In this document: positions 27,309 through 36,253 of the stretch, in pieces
How the letters are laid out: each line of letters begins with the position of its first letter
How positions within the stretch are numbered: position 1 is the first letter of the stretch
NCBI GenBank assembly: GCA_045863855.1
Contig: BTVV01000010.1
Coordinates: 28,779 to 92,778 of the forward strand
DNA: 64,000 nt
From: Planctomycetota bacterium
GTDB taxonomy: Bacteria; Planctomycetota; SZUA-567; H5-PLA8
Direction of reading: 5' to 3'
Translations under genes and position numbers: made by a program
The notes under the pieces: model-generated
Database searches by the model: none
Told to the model about the DNA's origin: nothing
Seen by the model: the letters and a program-made list of their open reading frames with translations, nothing else

Positions 27309-30265
27309 GGCAGAATCTCCTCGATGTTCAGCGCTTCGGCGCCCAGTTCCTTGTTGGCCTGTTCGAGTTTTTCGCGGCTGGAGACGACGCAGACTGCGCC
27401 ACGGCTGAAGTTCGCGTCGAGGACCTCGAGGTTCGCGCGCTTCACGTCGGCGACTTTCACGCGCAAGATAGCCGCGTGGCGCGCTTCGCGGCGGTCCGGC
27501 GTATCACCCATCAGGTAGCGGCCGAGGGCCAGATCGGTGGCCGATTCGGGGCGGATGGGGCGTTCGCCTTCCTTGGCGGTCCCGATGATCGCGCGGTCGA
27601 CGTCGAGTTGCGACCAAGGCGCGGCGTGGAGGTGTTCGCGTAAATGGGCGAAGACATCCAGAGAGCGCTTCACCCAGGGATCGCGGTACGTGTAGAAGGT
27701 CCAACTGCGGTCGAGGCCGTTCCAGCCGGATGCCGCGCCGTACGCGCCGCCTTTGACGCGGACTTCGTCCCACATGTAGCCGCGGCTGATCATCAGACGT
27801 CCGACTGTGAGCGGCGCGGCGTCGGGATGCGAGAGGTGCGGAGCGGGGAGGACGCGGGTGCAGTAAGCGACTTGCATCGGCGCGGCGAGTCCTTCGCGCG
27901 GCGGCCGCACAAAGGGTTCGAACGGGACGCTGAGCGGCCGCTGCGATTCGTGGCGCATCGCGGTGGTCCAGGCATTGAGCGTCTTGACCAGTTTATCGTG
28001 CGCGGCAGGCGAGCCGGTGAAGCTGACGACGAGTCCCGAGCGATTGAGCAGGTAGGCGCGAATGGCCTGCAGCTTTGCGACGAGCGGGTCGCGGTGCTCG
28101 TCGAAGCGGTCGGCCCAATCGCGAAAGGCTCGCGGCTGTGGGATGCCGTGCAGGCATTCGTCCATGGCGCCTAAGGCGGTCAGGCCGCGAGCGGCGTGGC
28201 TGAGCGCGTAGGTGTGACCGGACTGGGGAAGCGAACTGCGCAGCGCGGCTTTTTGCTGCATCAGCACTTCGTGGAAACGCTTGGCGTCGGAAAAGTCGGG
28301 CTCGAAAAGCAGGTCGCGCAGGACGCCCAGCGCCGTTTCGAACTTATCGTCCACGGCCTTCAGGCGGAACGATCCACGCAGCAGGATTCGATCGGGATCG
28401 ACGAGGTGCCCGCCCGAGGATGCGCCAAAGCCGACGCCTCCGGTGCTGGCGTCCTTGCGTTCGGCCATCTTGACGTAATCGCAGCCGGCGGCGCCCATCT
28501 TGCCGATAGCGTGCGCGTAGAGCGGCAGATAGGCGAAGAGTTCCGGATCGAGCCCAGTCAGGTCGAAGTTGAGGCGCAAATAGTTCACGCCGTTGGCGAA
28601 GACATCGTTGCGCAAGAGCGTCACGCCGCCGTCGAGCGTCTCGACGGCCGTGGGAATATGCTTCGGCTTCGCCGGGAGGTCGGCGACGCGCAGTTGCGGC
28701 AGCGTAGCGAGTGCGTCCGGCGAGTTGGGCTCGCTCTGCCGGCGCTCCAGTTCGGCCTGTTCGTTCGCGATGCGCTCGAGTTCGGCAGGGACAAGCGCTG
28801 CTTTTACGCGAGCCATTTTTTCGGCGAAGGCCTGGTCCTTGCGCGCCTGCAGGCCCGGATCGGGGAGCAGCGTGAGCGCCATGCGGTGCGGATTGTCCAG
28901 CAAGAAGGTCCGGATGAGATCCTGGAAGAGCGCGGGATTCTTCGCGTACTCGCGCTGCGCCGCTTCCCAAAAGCGTTTGATGGACAGGTAGGCCAGCGGA
29001 TCGGCGTCGTGCAGCCAAGCCATGTAGGCCTTGTACATCGTGTTCAGCGGATAGCTGCCGGTGATTTCGAGGAACTCGAACGCCATCTGGTGAAAGCCGG
29101 CTTCGACACGCTCGCGCGGGAATCCCTCGGCGGCGCACTTGCGAAGCGTATCGAAGACCAGTTGCTCGAACGCGGCGCGTCGGCCGGCTTCGCTTCCTTT
29201 AAGGCCGACATGAAAGGTGGTCTCGTAGCGGTATCCGCTGAATCCGGCAAAGGTCACGTCCTCCCCGAGGCGCGAATCGATCAACGCTTTGCGCAACGGC
29301 GCGGCGGCGTTGCCGAGCAGCAGATACCCGAGCAGTTCGCCGTAGACGACGTGTTGAATGTCGGTGCCGTCGCCTACGAGCCAATGGAGCGTCAGGAAGG
29401 TCTTGTTCTGCGTGGGCTCGCCTTGCCCGAGCGTGTAGGCCTCGGTGCGTTCGCGCGGTTCGGACCAGCGCGGCTGGCGCGGGAGCGGCGGCGTGCGTTC
29501 GGCAGCGGCGCTCGAAGCCAGGCGCGAAGCCATGAAGCGCGCGTACTCGGCGGTGGGAATGTCTCCGTAGAGATAGATGTAAGCGTTAGCCGGATTGTAA
29601 TGCCGCGCGTAGAAGTCGCTGAAGACGGAATAGGTCAGTTCGGGCATCGCTTCTGGATCGCCGCCGGAGGATTTCCCGTAGGGCGTCGCGGCGAAGAGGG
29701 TCTGGTTCGCGTAGTGGCTGACGAGGCGCTCGGGACTGGAGTATGCGCCCTTCATCTCGTTGAAGACGATGCCCTTTACGATCAAGGGGCTGGACAGATC
29801 GCCCTTTTTCTCGAACTCCCGGTGGTGCCCTTCCTGTTTGAACGTCTCTTCGGTCAGGCGCGGATGAAAGACCGCGTCCCAATACACTTCGGCGAGGTTG
29901 AAGAGATCCTTCCTCACGTTGCTGGCGACGGGGTACAGCGTCATGTCGCTGGCGGTCATGGCGTTGATGAAGGTCGCCATGCTCATTTTGGTCAGTTCGA
30001 TGAACGGATGCTTGACCGGAAAGCGCTTGGAGCCGCAGAGCACGGAATGCTCGAGGATATGCGGCAGCCCCGTGTCGTCGATGGGCGGCGTCTTGAAGGC
30101 CACGGAAAAAAGGTTTTCGGGATCGTCGTTGTGGACGTGCAGAACGCGCGCGCCGCTGGGATGGTCAAGCTCGTAGGCGACCGAGCGCAGGTCAGGGAGG
30201 GGCGTGACCCGGACGACGGTGAATCCTTCGACGTTCTGGCCGGTCCGGAGCGAGGGTTCGGACAT
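27305..30265 (-). CDS. Insulinase family M16C zinc metallopeptidase (PreP/Cym1-like), paralog 2
   Basis: HILEH inverted zinc motif, FINAMT, VFNEMKG, RVKGGAYG, YRDP. ATG 30265 has GGAG upstream. Confidence 0.93.
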   Translation of the reverse strand: MSEPSLRTGQNVEGFTVVRVTPLPDLRSVAYELDHPSGARVLHVHNDDPENLFSVAFKTPPIDDTGLPHILEHSVLCGSKRFPVKHPFIELTKMSMATFINAMTASDMTLYPVASNVRKDLFNLAEVYWDAVFHPRLTEETFKQEGHHREFEKKGDLSSPLIVKGIVFNEMKGAYSSPERLVSHYANQTLFAATPYGKSSGGDPEAMPELTYSVFSDFYARHYNPANAYIYLYGDIPTAEYARFMASRLASSAAAERTPPLPRQPRWSEPRERTEAYTLGQGEPTQNKTFLTLHWLVGDGTDIQHVVYGELLGYLLLGNAAAPLRKALIDSRLGEDVTFAGFSGYRYETTFHVGLKGSEAGRRAAFEQLVFDTLRKCAAEGFPRERVEAGFHQMAFEFLEITGSYPLNTMYKAYMAWLHDADPLAYLSIKRFWEAAQREYAKNPALFQDLIRTFLLDNPHRMALTLLPDPGLQARKDQAFAEKMARVKAALVPAELERIANEQAELERRQSEPNSPDALATLPQLRVADLPAKPKHIPTAVETLDGGVTLLRNDVFANGVNYLRLNFDLTGLDPELFAYLPLYAHAIGKMGAAGCDYVKMAERKDASTGGVGFGASSGGHLVDPDRILLRGSFRLKAVDDKFETALGVLRDLLFEPDFSDAKRFHEVLMQQKAALRSSLPQSGHTYALSHAARGLTALGAMDECLHGIPQPRAFRDWADRFDEHRDPLVAKLQAIRAYLLNRSGLVVSFTGSPAAHDKLVKTLNAWTTAMRHESQRPLSVPFEPFVRPPREGLAAPMQVAYCTRVLPAPHLSHPDAAPLTVGRLMISRGYMWDEVRVKGGAYGAASGWNGLDRSWTFYTYRDPWVKRSLDVFAHLREHLHAAPWSQLDVDRAIIGTAKEGERPIRPESATDLALGRYLMGDTPDRREARHAAILRVKVADVKRANLEVLDANFSRGAVCVVSSREKLEQANKELGAEALNIEEILP

Positions 30266-30330
30266 AAGATTCTCCGCATTTGGGCTCGGCCCGCGGTGGG
30301 GCGCGGCCGGCCGGTCAAGAAGGGGCCGAC

Positions 30331-33306
30331 TCAGGACGTAAGAATGTCTTCGATGGCCAGCGCCGCGTCGCCCAGTTCGCGGTTCGCTTCTTCGAGCTTC
30401 AGGCGGCTGGAGACGACGCAGGTGCCGATGCGCGCGGCGTGCCGGTCGAGCTGGTCGAGGACGGCGCGCTTGATGGCTTGCGGCGTGACGGACAGGATCG
30501 CGGCGTGTCGCGCTTCGCGGCGATCGGGCGTATCGCCGTGCGTATGCCGCCACAGCGCGGCGCCGGTGGCGTCGGCGGGGCGGATCGGTTTTTCGCCGTT
30601 CTTGGCCGTACCGATGATGGCGCGGTCGATGTCCGTCTGCGACCATTCCACGCCGGTGACGTACGCGCGCAGTCCGGCAAAATTGTCGAGCGTTTTCTTC
30701 ACCCACGGATCGCGGTACGAGTAGTAGTACCACGCCGAGTCGATCCCGTTGTAGCCGACGCCGCCGCCGTAGGCGCCGCCCTTCACGCGGATCTGCTCCC
30801 ACATGTAATCGAGGCTCAATAGCCGGCTGGCGACCGTAAGCAGGGGCGAGTCGGCGTGCGACAGGTGCGGCGCCGGAAGCACCTGCGTGCAGAAGGCGAC
30901 TTCCATCGGCGCGGCCAGGCCTTCCCTGGCGGGCGCCGCGGCGGGCGCGAAATCGAACTTAGACGGTGCGAGCGGATCGGCGCCGAGTTCCTGGGCCCAG
31001 CGCTCGAGCGCTTTGCGCAGCGCGGGCGTAACCTTCTCCGAGCCGGTGAAGCTGGCCGTCAGTCGCTTGCGGTTGCGCAGAAACGCCGCAATCTCGTTCA
31101 GCCGCGCGACGAGGTCGTCTTGGTGCGACTCGAACTGTTCGGCCCAGCGTTCGACAAGACGGATCTGGGGCAGCCCTCCGGTCAGTTCGTTCAAATGCCC
31201 CAACAGGCTCAGGCCGCGCCCGGCGTGGCGGACGCCCAGACCGATCCCGTCGTGGACGATGCTGCTGCGGTGTTCGGCGTAGGCCTGAACCACCACGTCC
31301 TTGAGGCGTTCTAGGTCGCTGAAATCGGGCGCGACGTACAGATCGTGCAGCAGCGCCAAGGCTTGGTCGAGTTTGCCGTCCAGCGCGCGCAGCGTGAACT
31401 GTCCGCTCAGCACAAGCGTATTCGGATCGGCCGCATGGCCGTCGAACGAAGCGTTGAATTGGATGCCGCCGGTGTGCGCAGCCATACGCTCGGCAACGCC
31501 GACGTAATCCAGACCGGCTGCGCCCATCTTGGTGACGCATTCGCCGTAGAGCGGCAGGTACGGATAGAGCCGTTCGGGCAAGCCTTGGAGATTCAGGTCC
31601 ACGTGCAGGTAGTTAACGCCGTTGGCGAAGACATCGTTGACCAGGAGCGGCACGCCGCCGTTCAGCGTTTCGACGCGCGTGGGGATGTGCTTCGGCTTAC
31701 GCGGAAGGTCGCTGGCTTTAAGCTGCGGGAGCGTCGCCAGCGCTTCGGGCGTGTTGGGTGTGTTCTGAAAGACTTCCAGCGCCTTCGCCTGTTCGACGAG
31801 CTGGCGTTTTTCGAGTTCGCTGAGCTGCGCTTTGCGCGCGCGCATGCGCGCGGCGAAGGCCTCTTCTTTTTCGGCCAGCAGCTTGGGGTCGGGCGTAAAG
31901 ACCAGCGTGGAGCGATGCGGGTTCTCGAGCAGGCCCTTGCGAATGAGGCGCTGGAAGAGCTGCGGGTCTTGGGCGTAGCTCTGCCGCACGGCTTCGAGAT
32001 GCTCGTCGGCGCGCAGGAAAATCAACGGATCGGCGCCGTAAATCCAGGTGTTGTACGCACGATCCATGAGCCAAAGCGGAAACATGCTCGCGATTTCGAG
32101 GTAACCGTAGCTGACTTGGTGGAACGCGGCTTCAACCTTGTCGGCCGGGATGCCTTCGTCGGCGAGTCGCTTGAGCGTGTCCATCACGACGGCCACGATG
32201 CGGTCCTTGCGGTCGGCTTCGGTGCCTTTGAGCCCGGCGTGGAAGGTGGTCTCCAATTCGCCGGTGCCGAATCCGGCGTGGGTCAGATCCTGGCCCAGTT
32301 GGCTGTCGATGAGCGCCTTGCGCAGCGGCGCGGCCTGGTTGCCCAGGAGGATGCGGTCGAGGACCTTCCAGGCGATCACTTCGCGCGCGTCGGTGCCGTC
32401 GCCGACAATCCAATTGAGCGTCACGTAAGCTTTCTCGTCCAGTTCTTCCTCGCCGCCGATGGGATAGCGTTCGGAGCGATCACGCGGCTGCGTCCAGCGC
32501 GGCTGCTTGGGAATGGCCGTGTCGATGGGCCGGCGCGTGTAGCTCTCGAGTTGGCGTTTGAGGAATGCAAGGTGGTCGGCTGTGGGAATATCGCCGTACA
32601 AGAAGATGAAGGCGTTACTGGGGTGGTACAGATCGGCGTAGAAGCGTTTGAAGTCGGCATAGGTCAGGTCGGGAATGCGCTCGGGATTGCCGCCGCTGTC
32701 GAGCCCGTAGGTGGTGTCGGGAAAGAGCTGCCGGTAGGACTCGCGATCCACGAAGCTGTCGGCGGCAGAGTAGGCGCCTTTCATCTCGTTAAAAACGATG
32801 CCCTTCACGATCAGGTCCGTCGACGGATCGTCTTTTTTCGCGAATTCGAGGTGGTGGCCTTCCTGCTGAAAGGACGCTTCGGTGAGGCGCGGATGAAAGA
32901 CGGCGTCGCAGTAAACTTCGGCGAGGTTGTAGAAATCCTGGCGCACGTTGCTAGCCACCGGATAGACGGTTTTATCGGCGTAGGTCATGGCGTTGATGAA
33001 CGTCGCCATGCTCATTTTGACCATCTCGATGAACGGATCCCGGACCGGAAAACGCTGGCTTCCGCCCAGGACGACGTGCTCCAGGATGTGAGGCAATCCA
33101 GTGTCGTCGCGCGGAGGAGTGCGAAAGGCGATGCAGAACAGGTTTTCGGCGTCGTGGGCGTGCACGTGCAGAAGCTGCGCGCCGGTGGCGTCGTGCTCGA
33201 GTTCGTAGGCCTGCGCGCGCAGATTGCCCAAGGCCGTGACTCGTCTCACTGTAAAGCCGTTCATGCGTTCGCCGGTTTTTAGCGTGGGGGATGGTACAGT
33301 ACTCAC
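30331..33306 (-). CDS. Insulinase family M16C zinc metallopeptidase (PreP/Cym1-like), paralog 1
   Basis: HILEH, FINAMTY.DKTVYP, VFNEMKG, RVKGGAYG, SYRDP. GTG 33306 has GGAG upstream and aligns with the paralog 2 start. Confidence 0.93.
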   Translation of the reverse strand: MSTVPSPTLKTGERMNGFTVRRVTALGNLRAQAYELEHDATGAQLLHVHAHDAENLFCIAFRTPPRDDTGLPHILEHVVLGGSQRFPVRDPFIEMVKMSMATFINAMTYADKTVYPVASNVRQDFYNLAEVYCDAVFHPRLTEASFQQEGHHLEFAKKDDPSTDLIVKGIVFNEMKGAYSAADSFVDRESYRQLFPDTTYGLDSGGNPERIPDLTYADFKRFYADLYHPSNAFIFLYGDIPTADHLAFLKRQLESYTRRPIDTAIPKQPRWTQPRDRSERYPIGGEEELDEKAYVTLNWIVGDGTDAREVIAWKVLDRILLGNQAAPLRKALIDSQLGQDLTHAGFGTGELETTFHAGLKGTEADRKDRIVAVVMDTLKRLADEGIPADKVEAAFHQVSYGYLEIASMFPLWLMDRAYNTWIYGADPLIFLRADEHLEAVRQSYAQDPQLFQRLIRKGLLENPHRSTLVFTPDPKLLAEKEEAFAARMRARKAQLSELEKRQLVEQAKALEVFQNTPNTPEALATLPQLKASDLPRKPKHIPTRVETLNGGVPLLVNDVFANGVNYLHVDLNLQGLPERLYPYLPLYGECVTKMGAAGLDYVGVAERMAAHTGGIQFNASFDGHAADPNTLVLSGQFTLRALDGKLDQALALLHDLYVAPDFSDLERLKDVVVQAYAEHRSSIVHDGIGLGVRHAGRGLSLLGHLNELTGGLPQIRLVERWAEQFESHQDDLVARLNEIAAFLRNRKRLTASFTGSEKVTPALRKALERWAQELGADPLAPSKFDFAPAAAPAREGLAAPMEVAFCTQVLPAPHLSHADSPLLTVASRLLSLDYMWEQIRVKGGAYGGGVGYNGIDSAWYYYSYRDPWVKKTLDNFAGLRAYVTGVEWSQTDIDRAIIGTAKNGEKPIRPADATGAALWRHTHGDTPDRREARHAAILSVTPQAIKRAVLDQLDRHAARIGTCVVSSRLKLEEANRELGDAALAIEDILTS

Positions 33307-33482
33307 GGAATCTCCCTGGGGCATGAGTTCGAGCGTCATAGGAACAAGCACGTGGCAGCTTAGCGCCGGGGCGATGAAGTGGAAACCGCGTTTCGCCTTC
33401 GTGGCTTGTGGCGGATCGACCGGGGTGCGGTACAATACTTTTTCGCGTCTTCAGGGCCGTGACGCGCCGAGATCACCGACCT

Positions 33483-34409
33483 ATGGCGGACCTGCCGCTG
33501 ATTCTGGTGCTCGACCATGATTCTGCGTCGCGCCGCTTGATGGCCGCGGCGTTGGGGCGCGACGGGCAGATGGCGGTCACCGAGGACGAACCGGGTCCGG
33601 GTGCGGTCGAGCGCCTTGCGAAAGAGCCCTTCGATCTGGTGCTGTTGGACCCCGACAGTCCTTCCGTCAACGGTTGGCGCTTGATCGGCGACCTGCATCG
33701 CGCCGCTCCGCGCACGCCTTTGCTGATTCTTTCGATATACTTCAACGCCCGCAGCGTAGCTCGCGCCATCGAGATGGGCGCCGAAGATTACCTGAGCAAG
33801 CCGGTCGATCTCAAGGAATTGCGCCGCACCATCAACTTGCTCCTGGACCAGGCCGAAGCGGACGCCGCATTGGGCGGTTCGGTCTCGGCCAGGCACCTGG
33901 TGGTCCGCGCGGATGCCGAAGGCGCGTTCGTGGAGATGACGGCGCCCACGGGCAGTCCGCACATCGAGCGATTCCAAGGCTTCGTGCACAGGCTGCTCGC
34001 GGCGACGCTCAATAAAGAGGACTACCTGAACGTGCGTCTGGCGCTGGAAGAGAGCGTCACCAATGCGGTCGAGTGGGGCAACCGGCACGACCGGAATAAA
34101 ACGCTGAAACTTTCGTACTGTTTGCTGGCCGATCGCGTGACGCTGCGGGTCGAAGATCAAGGCGAAGGGTTCACCCCCGACCGGGTGCCCGATCCGACGA
34201 CCGATCCGCTGGCTCATTTGGAACGGCGCAAGCGCGAGGGTAAGCGCGTGGGCGGGTGGGGACTTTTCCTGACGCGCAAGGCCGTTGATGAAGTGGCGTA
34301 CAATAAGAAGGGGAACGTGGTCTTTCTCACGAAGTACTTGCATCAGCCTACCCGAAGTCTGGCGGGTGGCGCTTCGGATGCTCAGGCTTCGGAAGCTAAG
34401 TCCTCCTGA
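33483..34409 (+). CDS. Response-regulator receiver fused to an RsbW-like anti-sigma/HATPase domain
   Basis: Receiver (DLVLLD, GAEDYLSKP) plus LEESVTNAVEWGN, VEDQGEGF, GGWGLFL, YNKKGN. Confidence 0.88.
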   Translation: MADLPLILVLDHDSASRRLMAAALGRDGQMAVTEDEPGPGAVERLAKEPFDLVLLDPDSPSVNGWRLIGDLHRAAPRTPLLILSIYFNARSVARAIEMGAEDYLSKPVDLKELRRTINLLLDQAEADAALGGSVSARHLVVRADAEGAFVEMTAPTGSPHIERFQGFVHRLLAATLNKEDYLNVRLALEESVTNAVEWGNRHDRNKTLKLSYCLLADRVTLRVEDQGEGFTPDRVPDPTTDPLAHLERRKREGKRVGGWGLFLTRKAVDEVAYNKKGNVVFLTKYLHQPTRSLAGGASDAQASEAKSS

Positions 34410-34445
34410 CGATTCCTTTCGCGCAATCCAATAAAGGAGCTGGGC

Positions 34446-35420
34446 ATGGCCGATGTGTTGGCCGTCGATCTGGGTGGAACGAACATCCGCGTAGCGCGTG
34501 TCTCGTCCGCGGGCGCGGTGCTGGCACGCGAGAAGATCCCCACGCATGCGAACGAAGGCATGGGGCGCGTCGTCGAGCGGATGGCCGAGCTGGCGCAGCG
34601 CGTGCGCGGTCCCGCAAGCGTGGCCATCGGCATCGCCACGCCCGGCACGCCCGATCCCGATAGCGGCGTGATGCGCTCGCGCGCGGTGAACATCGCCGAC
34701 AGCGATGGATTCCCCTTGGGGCCGCGGTTGACCGAGCTGACCGGACTGCCCGGCGCGGCCGACAACGACGGAAACCTCGCGGCGCTCGGCGAGTCCTGGC
34801 GCGGCGCCGGCCGAGGCCGCAAGGTGGTTCTCATGTTCACCTTGGGCACCGGTATCGGCGGCGGCTTAATCGTCGAAGGCCGAGTCTTTCACGGCGAAGC
34901 GAACATCTGCGAGTTCGGGCACATCAGCATCGATTACGACGGCCGGGATTACGTCAGCGGTGTGAAAGGCGCCTGGGAGGCTTACGCCAGCGCTTCGGGG
35001 TTCGGCCGCGAAGCGCGCGAGGCGCTCGAACGCGGCGGAGCCGATGCGCGCGCCAGCCGTCTTTGGGCGCTGTGCGAAGGCGATCCGGCACGGGCGGAAG
35101 CCCGGCATCTGTGCGATGCCGCGCGGGAGGGGGATGCGTTCGCGACCGCCATCCTGGATCGCTGCGTCGAATACCTGGCTACGGGCTTGGGCACGTATAT
35201 CACCTCCTTGAATCCGAGCTGCGTGGTCTTGGGCGGGGGCTTGGCCGAGGCCGGTGAAGTATTGTTCAGCCGCGTACACGCGTCGCTGGCGCGCAATCGA
35301 GCGTACCTACCGGCGCTCCGGACGTGCGCCTTGGTGAAGGCCGAACTGGGCGACGACGCGGGCTTGTTGGGCGCGGCGCGCCTGGCTTTCACGAAGGCCG
35401 GCCTGAAGGTGGAGCCCTGA
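34446..35420 (+). CDS. ROK family sugar kinase (glucokinase-like)
   Basis: DLGGTN, DNDGN.AALGE, TLGTGIGGG, EFGH, LGGG, AGLLGAA. The zinc cysteines are absent. Confidence 0.9.
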   Translation: MADVLAVDLGGTNIRVARVSSAGAVLAREKIPTHANEGMGRVVERMAELAQRVRGPASVAIGIATPGTPDPDSGVMRSRAVNIADSDGFPLGPRLTELTGLPGAADNDGNLAALGESWRGAGRGRKVVLMFTLGTGIGGGLIVEGRVFHGEANICEFGHISIDYDGRDYVSGVKGAWEAYASASGFGREAREALERGGADARASRLWALCEGDPARAEARHLCDAAREGDAFATAILDRCVEYLATGLGTYITSLNPSCVVLGGGLAEAGEVLFSRVHASLARNRAYLPALRTCALVKAELGDDAGLLGAARLAFTKAGLKVEP

Positions 35421-35427
35421 CCGACCT

Positions 35428-36231
35428 ATGAAGCGCACTTTTGGGTACGCCCTGTGGCTGGTCCTGGCCTGCGCGGCCGCTCGAAGCGCCGAATCGGCCG
35501 GCGAAGCGCTGACGATCGAAGGCGCCGACGGCTGGAAACTGCACGGCACGCTATACCTGTCCGCGGACGTACCGCGCGAGAACGATCAGGCGCGCCCCAC
35601 GGCGCTGGTGATTTGCCACCCCATGCTTTCCAAGACTCAGGTTACGTACGCGCCGCTGGTCCCGAAGCTTTTGGAGCGCGGTTTCGCGGTGCTGGTCTAC
35701 GATCCGCGAGGGCACGGACTCAGCACCACCGGTATGGACGGGCAGACTCGCCCCGATTGGCAGGCGCACATGGAGGACGATAAAGAGCATCTCGCCTTCT
35801 GGGCCGGATTGGTGGACGACTTGGCTCGCGTGAAGGCGTATGCCGTAGAGCGCTGGAAGGTTCCGCCAAAGAAAATCGTGCTGGCCGGAGCGTCGGTGGG
35901 CGCGAACGCAGTATTGGTGCTGGCGGTAAAGAATCAGGACCTGGGCGCCGCGGTGCTGTTTTCACCGGGCGCGAACTACCGCGGACTCGATTCGTTAGCG
36001 CTCGCCCCGCAGGTCGCGGTCCCGCTCTTTGTGGCCGCCGGCGCCCAGGATGCCAGTTCGAAGACCACGCCCGAAACGATCTTCACGCAGGCCGAGAAGG
36101 TCGCGCTCGAGCATCGCACGCTGAAGCGCTACCCGGGTTCCGAGCACGGAACGAATCTCTTTGCCGCCTACCCCGAGTTACTGGATGACCTTCCGCGCTG
36201 GCTGGGCGAACGGTTGCTGAGCGGTAAATAG
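35428..36231 (+). CDS. Secreted alpha/beta hydrolase
   Basis: Signal peptide, YDPRGHG, GASVG nucleophile elbow, downstream Asp and HGT. Confidence 0.85.
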   Translation: MKRTFGYALWLVLACAAARSAESAGEALTIEGADGWKLHGTLYLSADVPRENDQARPTALVICHPMLSKTQVTYAPLVPKLLERGFAVLVYDPRGHGLSTTGMDGQTRPDWQAHMEDDKEHLAFWAGLVDDLARVKAYAVERWKVPPKKIVLAGASVGANAVLVLAVKNQDLGAAVLFSPGANYRGLDSLALAPQVAVPLFVAAGAQDASSKTTPETIFTQAEKVALEHRTLKRYPGSEHGTNLFAAYPELLDDLPRWLGERLLSGK

Positions 36232-36253
36232 CGTATAGGCGATTAGCCGGTTC

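Noticed and set aside
30266..30802. ORF-track N-terminal extension of peptidase paralog 2, suggesting a frameshift fusion
   Set aside because: It is an off-frame overlap with the end of paralog 1. Paralog 1 ends with a homologous C-terminus (EDILTS vs EEILP) and paralog 2 has its own RBS and ATG at 30265.
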